Assembly: GCA_002269645.1 (NCBI GenBank)
Contig: NIVC01000211.1
Location: forward strand, 186,001-250,000
DNA length: 64,000 nt
Source: Macrostomum lignano
Lineage: Eukaryota
Reading direction: 5' to 3'
The notes under the pieces are model-generated. The model saw only the letters and a list, made by a program, of their open reading frames with translations. It made no database searches and was not told where the DNA came from. Of the stretch, positions 1-12,339 are shown piece by piece. The first letter of the stretch is position 1, and each line of letters opens with the position of its first letter. The translations under genes were made by a program, and so were the position numbers.

Positions 1-828
1 AAATTTAGTCGATATGAAATTTAGGCGTTGTGAAGTATGGTGGTTCTAAGTGTTGATTGCACAAGTAAATACGTTGCACAAATATAGTAAAGAGTTAAAC
101 AGTGTCAGTACACATATGACAGTATCAATAAAACTGAACTGTTTCGCGGAAAAGACTGTCTTTAGATAATCCACGCTGTAAGCAATACAACAAAGTAAAA
201 ATTTAGTACTTTAAATTTTTTTCTAATGTCCATAGTAATGCGCACTTATTATGAATTAAAAAACAATTTTAGTCAGTTCGATTATTTTCTTTTGGTACTT
301 TTCATCTTCTGTTTTTGATTACAATTCTTTTTAGTTCACCGCAATCATCTTATTTTACTAAGACATAAATTCGATTAGTGCGTGCAGGCCATACAAGAAT
401 AGTTTTATTCATGTTTATTTGATAATGACGGAAGTAATATCAGAAAAGTATGTTTTATCCGACTCCATGGCCAAAACTAGGCCTGGAACCGAAGTTTTTT
501 ATCGTACAGATGCCAACGCCGGGCTGAATGATATTCGTAGATTTCAACAAGAGAGATTTCGTCGCATTCATAGATTTCCTCCTAATCGAGGCTCAGCGGA
601 TGCAAAAAGCTTCGGAAAAGAATCGTCGCCGGAGTTTAAAAAGTTTGAAGACAGCGGGCTGCAGCGCTGCGCAGCACCGTATCGCGATTACGAAAGCATC
701 GTTGATCCCATCTCCGGTAGCATCGGCGCTGGAGCTGCTTTTGTACGAGGACTGCCTGGCCGTCCTATTGGAGTTTACGCGCACAATGACGGGCCTCAGT
801 ACAACCGACCGCAGGTAATTAATAAGGA

Positions 829-1208
829 CAGGGGCGGGCGTACACCCCCAGTACATGTAAAAGATATATGGCGGGGCGACATATGCCAATTTAATGCTTT
901 GTCTCCCCCACCCCACCTTGTGACCCGTTATGGAAATCAATAATTTTGCTGCAGGGTGCCAAAATGAGTGCCTGTGGCGCTAAAATGAGTACCTGCGGCT
1001 GCGGCGCCAAAATGAGTGCCTGCGGCGCTAGAATGAGTGCCTCCGGTGCTAAAATGAGTGCCCACAGCGATAAAATGAGTTCGTGCGGCGCCAAATGACT
1101 GCCTGCGGAGCCAAAATAAATGCTGACAACACTGATTAGCCATGTATACATGCATATGTATAATTGCTGGCTTGGTCCCCCAACCATAAAATCCATGGCG
1201 ACGCCCTT
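829..1208. mobile_element. Small non-autonomous hAT-like element (MITE) with internal 21-bp tandem repeats
   Basis: Flanked by an exact 8-bp direct repeat AATAAGGA (821-828, 1209-1216). Imperfect termini CAGGGGCG.../...CGACGCCCTT. Internal CCAAAATGAGTGCCTGTGGCG-type repeats at ~955-1115. Confidence 0.55.
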
Positions 1209-1855
1209 AATAAGGAATAAAGAATAAATAGATGTCAACTTAGCCCGAAAGTAGAAATCGCTAATTTACTGTGGAGATGGTCAAACTAATTTATAACAGT
1301 ATTGGACCGTACTGACTCAGAATTTGAGCAGTTTATAGTTCCGCTAAATAATTAGTTTAGGTAAGTAAGATCTAGGTTTTTTCCCGTTAAAATCCTGCAT
1401 TAATTGGTATTCAGACTAGCGTTAGGTGAACGAGATTCGACACTCGTAGCCGATCGAATCATATGAAGGCCCTCCGCGCCTCCGTATTTCTATCTTCAAC
1501 GCGCGTTTTCCTAACAATCTGACCCAAATCTAAATCCTATCCCCCAGACGATCCACTCCATTCGCAAAGGCATGCCAGGTGCCTACCCGGAAATCGATCG
1601 GGCCAGCGAGACCGAACCGCCCGGCCTACCGGCCCACGAGAAACTGGTCGGTCCCGGCTACACCCGCGCCGTGCAGGGCGGCTGGACAAGCGGCACGGAT
1701 CAAACTCCGGAATCGGCCAAGTTGACTCTGCTCTGCCATCTGCCCAAGGCGCGGCCGGACATGTCCGAGAGGGACCGGCTGGCCTATAAGTACATCTACA
1801 CGTCCACTACTCAGTCGTGAGTGAATTTTAAATCTCTAAAGGGTCGTACTATAGG

Positions 1856-2213
1856 GCTGTCGTAGCGTAAGTTCGATCGTACGTCGGAACTTTTACTGCG
1901 GAGAGAGGAGCTAAGACCGATCTTATTTTACGATGGCTTTATAGAACCGGCCCTAAGTCTTTTTTCTACTGAACCTTGGGCCCGTTCTATAAAGCCATCG
2001 TAAGATAAGATCGTTCTTAGCTCCTAAGGAGTATGGAGTCATACATGTACTATATAAAGCTGTCGTAGCGTAAGTTCGATCGTACGTCGAAACTTTTACA
2101 CTGCGGAGAGAGGAGCTAAGAACGCTCGTATCTTACGATGGCTTTATAGAACGGGACCTATATATCCGCAATGTAAAAGTTCCGACGTACGACCGAACTT
2201 ACGCTACGACAGC
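1856..2213. repeat. Modular direct/inverted repeat (foldback-like) array
   Basis: Module A (GCTGTCGTAGCGTAAGTTCGATCGTACGTCGGAACTTTTAC) and module B (GGAGCTAAGA...TTACGATGGCTTTATAGAAC.GG.CC) occur in the order A> B> <B A> B> <A. Confidence 0.85.
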
Positions 2214-3176
2214 TTTTTATTAGAACCCCTTTTTCTCTGTCGAGCTAAATAAATAAACCATTTTGCAAAAGGGCTTGCAGACACCCGACTTCGCCGACAT
2301 TTTCCCAGAATTCTGCCCATTCCGCTGACTCCTTCCGCTGACTCCTTCCGCTGACGTACCAATAACTGTACGCAGGCGCAGTACTCATACAGATGCTCAC
2401 ACAGGGTGTACAGCGACCAGCTGACTTTCAAATCGTCAGGATGTGATAGACCCGTAAAATTAAATCCATGCCAGCAGGCATATGTAGCCAATTGTTTGAT
2501 TGTAGTGGCCAGCAGTCAGTGACGACGTGTAGTCACAAGCAGAAGAATTACTACATGACGCCTCTTTTTCCAGCAATCAAGCCTTTGTCAAGAGTCTTTG
2601 TCGCTGTTTGCTGGCATCCCCATAAAATATGGTTTCATTGTTTTATACCAAACTATCTAGTAGATTAATATATTTTTATTAGCATGCTTTCTCTATCGAT
2701 ATGAGCCGATTCAAAGTTCGTAATCACCTTCATTATACTTCAGCATACTTTCCACACTAAAACTAAGTAGTTTACAAGTAGTATAACGACTATTTATTTC
2801 AAACACAGTTATTTAAAGAAAACTTTATTTATGATGCAACGCATTCAACGGAAAATCAGCATTTTTGCTTGTTTATTTCCGGCCCTGTGTGATGACGCAC
2901 AAGAACATTTTTGTTCAACACGCTTAGGTCATTTAGACAGAAGTTACTATTTAAATTTCGCATTACCTACCCGATACACACTACTATTAGTGCGTACGAG
3001 GCTGTGCCAGCCGAGGATATGCCAAGAGGCGGCTACAAGCGCTTCCCGCCAACCCACACGTTGGAGGCCCACGCTGACCCGGTGTCGCTGACCAACAATT
3101 CAAAAAAGACGCTGCCACCAGCTCAGACTTGGTGCTCTCAGGTGAGATTTGGGTAGTTTCTCTGAGATTGGGATTT

Positions 3177-3500
3177 GGTATTTTCTCTGTCTATTGGGTA
3201 TCTTCTCTGTCTACTGGGTATTTTTTCTGTCTATGGGGTCTCTTTTCTGTCTATTGGGTATCTTTATTCTCTGTCTATTGGGTATCTTTTCTGTCTATTG
3301 TGTATCTTCTCTGTCTATTGGGTATCTTTTCTGTCTATTGGGTATCTTTTCTGTCTATTGGGTATCTTTTCTGTCTATTGGGTATCTTTTCTGTCTATTG
3401 GGTATCTTCATTCTCTGTCTATTGGGTATCTTTTCTGTCTATTGTGTATCTTCTCTGTCTATTGGGTATCTTATCCGTCTACTGGGTATCTTCTCCGGCT
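3177..3500. repeat. ~20-bp minisatellite (TTTTCTGTCTATTGGGTATC)
   Basis: About 15 tandem degenerate copies. The three overlapping ORFs here are repeat translations. Confidence 0.9.
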
Positions 3501-4074
3501 ATTAGATATCATTTCCGCCTATCCTGTATCTACCTTAACTATCCGGAATCTTTCATTAGCTATCGGGTACCTTTCAAAGAAACCAATTTACTCGTTAATA
3601 CTCTTCTTTACACACAGGAGCGCGGTCTCACTTGGGACTTCAAGCAACTGAGGCCCGACTATTACAATCGGCAGCGGCCATACACCTAGTAAGTACCCAA
3701 AGACACCCCACATATCGTTGCCTTCATTGTAACAGCCAAAAAGATATTAAACAACTATCCAAAATCTTTTTATTTAAAACTGCAGCTGCAGCGTGGCCCG
3801 TCGCACCGACCATCTGCCAACCTACTCGGGCTGCGTTGGCGCCGACAATCCGCAAGAAATTGACAACCCGTACGAGCCGCTCCGGCCCTACACTGTGCTG
3901 CGCAATCCGCAGCCTAAGTTTGGCGTCAGCGGAGCGTAAGCTGGATTTGGTTTTATTGCCTCACTGGCACAGTGGGTCCATTCGCCTCGCCTCTATCCGG
4001 CCTCGATATTTCCGCCACACACCCACCTGATTCTAGACTAACCCTAATCAACCCCCATCGCACCTAGTTAATTG

Positions 4075-4560
4075 TGCCGTCACACACCCACCCCATTTCA
4101 AACCCTTCCGAATCAACCCCTATCGCGCCCAAGTGCCGCCACACATCCACCCCATTTCTAACCCTTCCGAATCAACCCCTATCGCGCCCAAGTGCCGCCA
4201 CACATCCACCCCATTTTTAACCCTTCCGAATCAACCCCTATCGCGCCCAAGTGCCGCCACACATCCACCCCATTTCTAACCCTTCCGAATCAACCCCTAT
4301 CGCGCCCAAGTGCCGCCACACATCCACCCCATTTCTAACCCTTCCGAATCAACCCCTATCGCGCCTATCTTAGTTCCGCCACACATCCACCCCATTTCTA
4401 ACCCTTCCGAATCAACCCCTATCGCGCCTATCTTAGTTCCACCACACACCCACCCCATTTCAAACTTCTCCAAATCAACCCTTTATCGCGCCTAGCTAGG
4501 TGGCGCCACACACTCACCCCATTTTAAACTCCTCCAAATCAGTCCCCCATCGCGCGACGC
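4075..4560. repeat. ~59-bp minisatellite
   Basis: About 8 tandem copies of GTGCCGCCACACATCCACCCCATTTCTAACCCTTCCGAATCAACCCCTATCGCGCCCAA and variants. Confidence 0.9.
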
Positions 4561-6186
4561 TCATTCCTGCATTTTAAATCCTTCATTTCGTATGCTTGTA
4601 GCCGAAACATCCTCAAAGTATTCAGAAAATAAGTTTGAACCAGATCATATTCCTAGCAAATCTTCCTTTCCAATCACTGCTCGCTGCAGTCCAACCGACA
4701 TCCCCGGCTACACGGGACGTCGAGCTGCGGTGCAGTCCAGCGTCGGGCCTCGAACAAGTCAGCAGCAGCAGCAGCAGCAGTCGGTGAGCAGCGTCGCTCA
4801 TCCGGCGATGCCAGCGAGACCCGCGTCGACTTCATCGACGTGCCACGGTCGCTTCGGCAATCTGTCCAGCGTGGTGACCACTGTGGAGCCGAAGAATCCG
4901 TTCGGAGGTGCTGCCACCCGGACAACGTCGCCGCCTCAGCAGCAGCAGCAGTAAAACAGCGTCGGGGTTCAATAAATGTTTATTCGATTTTCGTCAATTC
5001 TAAGAAATCTACATATCAATATTTAGGATTACTTCAGTAAGTTTTCTACCATTTCTAGGTTAAATCCTTTTAAAAACTTAAAAAGCAGCTTCCTAGAAAT
5101 TACATGTAGAATACTGGAAAGTTTTCGGTGTAATACGACCAGACGTAAATAAGTTCCAGGAAAATGCAAGAAATATACTATTTAGAAAAGAATTAATAGA
5201 ACACAGCAAAAGTTCCTGACTATAAATTTATTTACCGGATTTTTAGGTGATCATGTGACAAAGAATTTTTTTCAAAGTCTTTTTAACAGCTGAAAACTAA
5301 TATTCATTGACTTAGCTTTCTCAGATCTCATAAAATAACATCTTATACTTATTAAATTACTCTAAATTTAATTTCCGTACTACGTGTACATGTATTTTAA
5401 TATCACAGACAAACTTTGTGCTTAAGTTACAGGTCACGGCAGGTTCAGGAAGATGGCCTTATATTTTTTTGCTTATACTTTCGTTGATGTATTCTAGCTT
5501 TGGATTTAAGTTAAATATTGCTTGCAAGAGATATGCCTTTAGTTTTTCCTAGACAAGTACCTGTTTTTAATTTAATCTACAAGAGTCCGTTTGCACAACG
5601 GAACAGTTTTAAGTAGCATAGCGCGATTGCGAATTGAAATATAAGCGTTGACATCATTGAAAGACTATCGTTTTTAGCTTGTTTTACTCTGCTATGAAAG
5701 ATATTTAATTGAATTCTTCCAAGAAAGCTTCTCGATCCCAAGATTGTTTGTTTAACTACTGTGATATGAAATACTATCTGTCGTTTTAATCAGGCGATTT
5801 AAACCAATATTTATATCACTATTGTTTATGAAATATATGTTTATTTTTTTGGTAACAACCCGGACATTAAATCGAATTTTATCAATTTAGAAATCAACGA
5901 ATCTGTCAAGTTTTTGCACCGCTCTTTCACTGACAATGATTGAATAAAAATGTCTTATTAATTTGGATAATATCATTCCAACCTAACCTATTTGTATACA
6001 AATGTGCAGACTTTCTGTGTGTTTTTTATTTGCTGATTATTAGGACTTCATGCTAGTTCGAATGTTGATCGATACAAATTATCGTTGTGGAAATTCCTTC
6101 TAGAAACATTTTTGAAAATATCGACAGTCTGAAGGGCAAGGGACATAGTTAACTGGTGGTATTACATTCTGTGTTTAAGGTCAAGA

Positions 6187-6378
6187 CTCTCACCGCATCG
6201 CCTATCGGACTCTCACCGCATCGCCTATCGGACTCTCACCGCATCGTCTATCGGACTCTCACCGCATCGCCTATCGGACTCTCACCGCATCGCCTATCGG
6301 ACTCTCACCGTATCGTCTGGCGGACGCTCACCGTATCGTCTGTCGGACGCTCACCGTATCGTCTGTCGGACTCTTACC
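6187..6378. repeat. ~23-bp minisatellite (CTCTCACCGCATCGCCTATCGGA)
   Basis: About 8 tandem copies. Confidence 0.9.
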
Positions 6379-8065
6379 GATAGACTCTCTCATTTTATTT
6401 GGTGGGGCATATGTGTATGTTAGCCGCAGAAAATATTCATATCTTCTATCATGTGACTGTTAGGCAACCCAAGACACTGAGTCAGCAGGCGGTTATCGCA
6501 TCAAGTGAGAGGAGAGGCAGCTAGAGATGAAGAACCGTCACCGCAGTGCACGTCTCATCTTGCTCGCTATGTGAACCCTTCTGCACCTAATGACGTTTAC
6601 CCACTGGGACCTTCTATCCCTCGGGTCCTTGTTTCCTTTTTCATACGACCGCCACTTGTTAGCTGCATTTATTTGACACCTTATATAAATCGTAATATTT
6701 ATAAACAGTGTGAATGACATCATTACTCTGTCTCCGACGTCACGATCTGTGTCTCTATCAATGTCGGCTAGCGGTATGAATCCCATGCAGAGCCTCTAAC
6801 TCTCCCCCCAGCCATATCGTCGGCAGCTTTACAACCAAAAAGCAAAAATCGAATTATACCCTTCTAGCTTAGAGTCTCAGTTCATAACTACAAGCGTACG
6901 CTCGTACAAATATAAATAATGGAATTCGATTTTGCAAGTGTGGCAATAAATTTTAACGGAGCTCCGAGAAGCGGCAAGTGTGCACGCTCAGGACTGAGGC
7001 CTTATCTCTTTAATAGGCATTGGGATTTTCTGTCCCCTGCCGCCGATGTAGTGGTCAGCAGTGGCAGGGGTTGAGACAATCAAGTACAGGAAAACTTGTC
7101 CGGTTCTAAACTTGTGTGTTTCGACGGGGCGAGGGTAGATTGGCTGGTCTTAGGCGTTTTTTGCTTTAGTTGGTGCAATTAGGGGAGGACATTCTTTAAG
7201 TATTCTTAAGCTTTTTCAACTTGACTCGCAGGTCCTACGCCTGAGTTGCTGCGCGCCGCCGGTCTTGGGTGCGCTCGCTCCTCCTCACCCTCCGGCGGAC
7301 TCCGGCCCGGCCACGTGCTGCGCTCATTAATCTTCTGCTGCTTGCTGGCCTCGCCTGTCAACCGCCTCGCCCAAACTCGCCGTCTCGCCTTATTCTTCTG
7401 TTGGAATCCCATTGTCGATTGACTATTAAGTTACATCATAAATTTGAGTGAGTGCACAGAGAGGGGTCAAGGGGGCGAAGCCCCCTTGCGAGGGTGTGGG
7501 GGCGGAGCCCCCACATAGCAACATTAAGAAGTTATCAAAATGCTGTGCTTATCAAAATAATTGGCTATGTAAGAGGGCCCCCCTCTCTCTGGTATGAATC
7601 TGACCAGAGCTGCAGCAGTCGATTGGATAAGGTCTAGGACTCTAGGTAGACAAATTAACTTAATTTTTAGGGCTGGCTGTGCACGGAAGGGGGTGTCAGA
7701 CAGAGAGGCGCGGCTAAGGGTAGAAAATATTTTACATGTATGGCAGACATTGCGAGGGATTGGGGGGAGATGGGTCTAGGTGGGTCTAGGGAACGATCGA
7801 TAGTTGATGGCTGTGAAATGTACAGTAAGCGAGACGGCCTGAAGAAGTTCAATAACTTCCACGATAGTATACTGCCTAATTTTATCTATCGGTCCTCAGT
7901 TCTTATCTCACAATCAGCTCTCTTATCTCCGAAACGCAATGCCAGTTTTACGAGCGTAAAAGGAGCCCCGCCTCTAACTTACAGTTTAAATATACTGCGC
8001 ATCGTCTTTGAGCTTCTATTTTTCACCTGTCGCTTCAACTGTCTGTTCTTTGTCATCCAAGATAA

Positions 8066-9617
8066 ATGGCTGCCCTCGTGAATCATGATCTTTTGCCGCC
8101 ACTGATTGACATGCAGTTCGCAGAAATAGCTGGTATGTCCCGTGACGAGATGCACATCGCTTTTGTAGTGAGCAATCTGGAGAGAGAAATACAAAGATTG
8201 GAAATCGAGAGTCCCATTTCGGATGCGGTTTATAGCAAAGGCTTGCAAGAACTGATGGACGCGGACCCGGAGAAGCTGTGCAACTTAGACGAGCTAGAAA
8301 GTGTAGCTATACAACTGGAGAAGGACAACCAGTGCAAATCCAGCATTGCGAAGGAGACGGCTGCTATCCAGCGCTTCAATGCTTGGCTGCTGGAGAAGAA
8401 TCTCCAAATGAATTTCAAGACGGCACCTGTGCAGGAGATCGCAAAATTCCTTCGCTATTTCTACGCATCGCTGAAGAAGCCAAATGGAAGCTACTATTCG
8501 CCGAATACGCTGGTGGGTCTACGCGCCGGGCTTTCTCGTCATTTTATGAAGCTTCGAGGGCTGAATATCATTGCTGAGCCTCAATTCCACAATGCTAATT
8601 TGACCTTGAAGCAAGCCTGCAATGCCTTTATTCGTGACGCGGGTCGAATTCAGCACTTTAGTGCTTTAGAAGCTGAAGATCTACGTAGACTCACTGACTA
8701 CTTTACGAGGCGAGATCCTATTCGGCTTCAGGATGAAGTTTACTTTAATACGCTTTACTACTTTGGTAATCGTGGTCGTGAGTGGATCAGAGGCCTAACC
8801 ATGGACTCATTCGAAGAAGTTCGTCTAGCAAATGGTACCGCAGCGTTACTCATGAAGACTGGTGCCAGCAAGAATGTTCGTGGCTCACTCGCCATCAAGG
8901 AGAGCGACGACAACAAAGAGGCTCTAATGGTGGCAATTCCAGGTTCTTCATGCTGTCCTGTCGAGGCATTCCGACTGTATTGCGCCAAGATTCGCGAGGT
9001 TCCCGGATGAAATGGTAAAGACTTTTTTCTGAGACCAAAAGCTGTCATCGGACGGGATGGACTCTGGTACACCAAGCAGCCGGTCGGTGTGAACAGCCTC
9101 GGTCCGATGCTGAAGCGAATTTCGACCAGTGCTGGACTTTCCAAGACTTACACTGCTCATTGTGTCCGTGCGACTGTGGTCACCGAACTGCACGAAGCCG
9201 GCGTTGCTGTCGAGACAATCGCAAAGGTAACAGGGCAGAAGGTAAGTCAAACTAAATAAAATGATATTGTGCATATTTTTTTGTAAATTAAAATCATATT
9301 CAGCATACGAGCGTACATGTACATGCTGCTTCACTATTTCTCTATAAAAATGCTTCCTTCTGCAGGTCAGCACTTCAGTTGAGCGCTACATCCGTCGGGG
9401 GAAAAAGAGAGAGAGCAAAATGGCGCAGATCAGCACCTGCCTGACGGAGTCACTCACCGGTCACATGTCTGGCTCCTCAAGCACTTCATCCGTGCCATCG
9501 GTGGCCGCCGGAGAAGCTGGTGATACGGAGAAGATTCGAATCCAAGCTGATGGTCACAAGACCATGAAAATAGTTGCTCACGGGGACACCAATGTAGTTG
9601 AGGTTCACTTTAACTAG
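8066..9617 (+). pseudogene. Crypton-type tyrosine recombinase (DUF3504-like). Exons 8066-9241 and 9366-9617, with an in-frame TGA at 9008-9010.
   Basis: Motifs LRYFYASLKKPNGSYYSPNTLVGLRAGLSRH, GNRGRE (catalytic R), YTAHCVRAT (H-x-x-R), TGQK and, after a phase-0 GT-AG intron, SVERY (catalytic Y). The frame stays open past the TGA (G*NGKDFFLRP...WYTKQPVG). Confidence 0.8.
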
Positions 9618-10283
9618 TAGGACTGTATCATTGTTTGGACTATATTTTCTTATGAAATCCATTTATTAATTTTCAGTTTCAATGCTGAGAAAACCTGGAA
9701 AATGAAATTTAACTTAGCGCGGACACCCTGTAATGGCGTTTGTTTATTTTCAATTTGGTTTTGCAAAACATTTAAATAAACTAGTTTCTGAAAAGCTTTT
9801 GACGTGTTACTGCTGAACGTCTTGAATAAATCGTACGAATAAAGTTTGTGCAGGAATGCAATCTTGCACGCGTGGTCAATAGACAATGGATGGCGGCTGC
9901 TGTAGTCTTGTCACACTCCAGTTGCCTTCCACTGTGGGCCTCTATTGTCTCATTTATTCGCTCTATCTTTCTCATTGTGCCACTATTATACTTGAGCTGG
10001 CCTCGCCTCACTCTGCGCAATTCTTGCTTGGCTCGTTTTCTGCGTGGCTCTTTCTTATGAGTTTGTAAACACCATACAGCGATATACGGAAAGACGGATA
10101 TACGGATATATTGGCATGTGGATAATACGGATATGCAGATGCATGGACAACTGGATAATACGGATATGCGAATCCTCTCAGCGCAGTGTCAATCGGGTAT
10201 ATATATTCCTAGTCTTGCCGCGGCCCTCATCGCATCGGTTAGAACTCAGTCAACGACTCTAACAAGCTCAACTTGCAGCCAAA

Positions 10284-11677
10284 ATGCAGTCCTGGACTCT
10301 GCTCATCGCCCTTCTGCTGGGTCTCGCCTGCTGCACGGTTTCTGCAGATGCCAACGGACAGTCGGGTTACATGGACGTGAGCAGCTTCGCTCGAGTCGGC
10401 ACCACCACATTCAAAGGATCGAAGTTGGGCGTCTTTGAAGTCGATGGGGTTCGCGTTGCCGAGCCGAGAGTCTCGTTCCAGTCCTCATGCAGTGCTGTAG
10501 AGTTCAGTCGGATGTACATGAAGTACCAGCTGACTCTGTCGATTCGCATCGATCCCAACGCGCTCCGATCGCGCAAGGGCTCGTCGAAGAAAGTCGGCCG
10601 CGTGTCAATCATCGGTCTGAATGTGAAGGCGGACCGAGGCTTGTCCAGCCGACAGTCCGGGCTTTCCGTGATGGCGAAGGTGAAAAAATCGGGCAGGAGG
10701 GCCGACCTCGTCTTCCTGTGCAGCTCGTTCCGCAGGTGCCGGTACCTCAGAGACGAGCTCGTGAGCAACCGGCGAAACTTCGGCCGAACGCTGCAGTTCA
10801 AAGCTCTCGGCAGAGTCGGCAGCATTCCGGTGAGGTTCGGCTTCAGGAGCAGCGCCAACCTGCCGAGGCTGAGCTGCAACCGGCACCGCTGGATCGTGTT
10901 CCAGAGGCGGGTCGACGGCAGCCTCTCGTTCGCTCAGAACTGGGACTCCTATGTTAAGGGATTCGGAAATCCCAGCTCCAACTACTGGATGGGTGAGTTG
11001 AGCAGTAGCGGAGATAAAGTGCAAAATGCATGCCCTCATTCCGGGGCTCTTCTTCGTTCATATCTGTGCTCGTTCAGTACCTAAAATTCCTTTCGTGCTT
11101 CGGTAATTATACAGTCAGTGGAGAACTACAGGTACCTTGTCAAATTACTTCCAGTCACTTTGAATAAATATGCAAACCTTGAAAACATTGCGTAAACACT
11201 TGAAAATCAGAGTTGGTCCACTATTTCCCACCCACAGGCTTGGACCGTCTGTCCGAGATGACGAAAACCAGTTCAGAGCGGCTGACTTCCCGGTGCCGGT
11301 TGAGAATCGAGGCCCAGAGCTTTAGAGGCAGGAAGTACAGAGCCGAGTTCAGAATGTTCCAAGTGCTCGGTCCTGAGCAGCAGTACCGCCTGCGCGTCGG
11401 ACTGCAGGTCGGCCGGTCGGCACTGGGCAACGCGTTTCAGGGGCACAGCGATATGAGGTTCAGCACATTCGACAGAGATCACGACACCTCAAAGCATTCG
11501 TGCTCTCAAATATACGGCTACGGTGGTTGGTGGTTTAACAGGTGCTACGGCGTGAACCTGAACGGAGCCTACACCACCAACAGGGAGATCACTAACGATG
11601 CAACGTACATGAGCTTCTACTTGCGTGGAAAACACGTTCCAATGAGGCGCAGTCTGATGAAATTCAGGTGCTATTGA
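10284..11677 (+). CDS. Secreted fibrinogen-related-domain (FReD) protein, copy 1. Exons 10284-10992 and 11238-11677, 382 aa.
   Basis: Signal peptide MQSWTLLIALLLGLACCTVSA. FReD motifs WIVFQRRVDGS, NWDSYVKGFG, YWMG|LDRL (spliced in frame), MRFSTFDRDHD and GGWWFNRC. Confidence 0.9.
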
Positions 11678-12044
11678 TCTTCCGCTCGTACTGTTCAGCA
11701 GACAGTTCTGACTCATGACTGCTTATTTTTATTCAAGATTTCTTGGTACATGGTGCTTTTCTGAATTCGGGTTATAAAATCAATACAATTACTATCTTTT
11801 AGCTTCCTCACGTGAGAACAGACTCAAAGTTTCTACAAAGTTGCCGCCAAAGAGGAAAACGCAAAATAAATAATATTTATTCTTGTGGATTTTACAATAG
11901 CCACACGGTGTTTTCGTGAAGTTTTAATTTATGATTGTGAGATGCGATCAATGTTAAATATACAGTGAAAAGTTTATCTTTAAAATATCAAAATTCCGAT
12001 CTTTTTCGCTTTTACTTTGCTCTCCAAACAGTGAAATCGGCCTG

Positions 12045-12199
12045 AGTAGTAGAGGATAACACAACTCTGCCGCAGGGAAAGCCACGGAAATTCCGTGGGC
12101 CCGGATCAGAAGGGCGCCTGTGTGTTTGCATAGCTCAACTCTGCCGCAGGCAAAGCCATGGGAATTCCGTAGACTCCTAGTGAGAGTACATAGGCACCT
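12045..12199 (+). repeat. Left terminal inverted repeat of Polinton
   Basis: Reverse complement of 28958-29116, with 3 internal mismatches and a 4-nt terminal difference. Confidence 0.97.
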
Positions 12200-12339
12200 G
12201 TGTCCCATAGGGGTAGGCCCCCTAATGTGAATGCATAGCCGCATGTGTCTACATTGGAGATAAACCAGAAAATTTGTTTTCACAAATAAAAAATTTTTTT
12301 GAAATTCTCGCTCCGTTACATCGTAATAACTAATTAATA

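Noticed and set aside
419-943. ORFs at the window start
   Set aside because: No recognisable motif. The 3' part runs through a splice-donor-like site into a MITE, so no product can be supported.
3129-3689. Hydrophobic multi-pass membrane-like ORFs
   Set aside because: Products of a 20-bp tandem repeat, open in all frames.
4592-4954. Poly-Gln ORF as a host gene exon
   Set aside because: Short and low-complexity, with no ATG or splice context I can support.
7452-7684. GTGCACAG...CTGTGCAC-bounded segment with GGGGCGAAGCCCC hairpins, considered as a Transib/RSS-like element
   Set aside because: Only 8-bp inverted ends, no TSD and no nonamer-like motif; insufficient support.
10367-11039. Long antisense and alternate-frame ORFs over FReD, LINE and Gypsy genes
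   Set aside because: Shadow ORFs expected from GC-rich codon usage of the sense genes.
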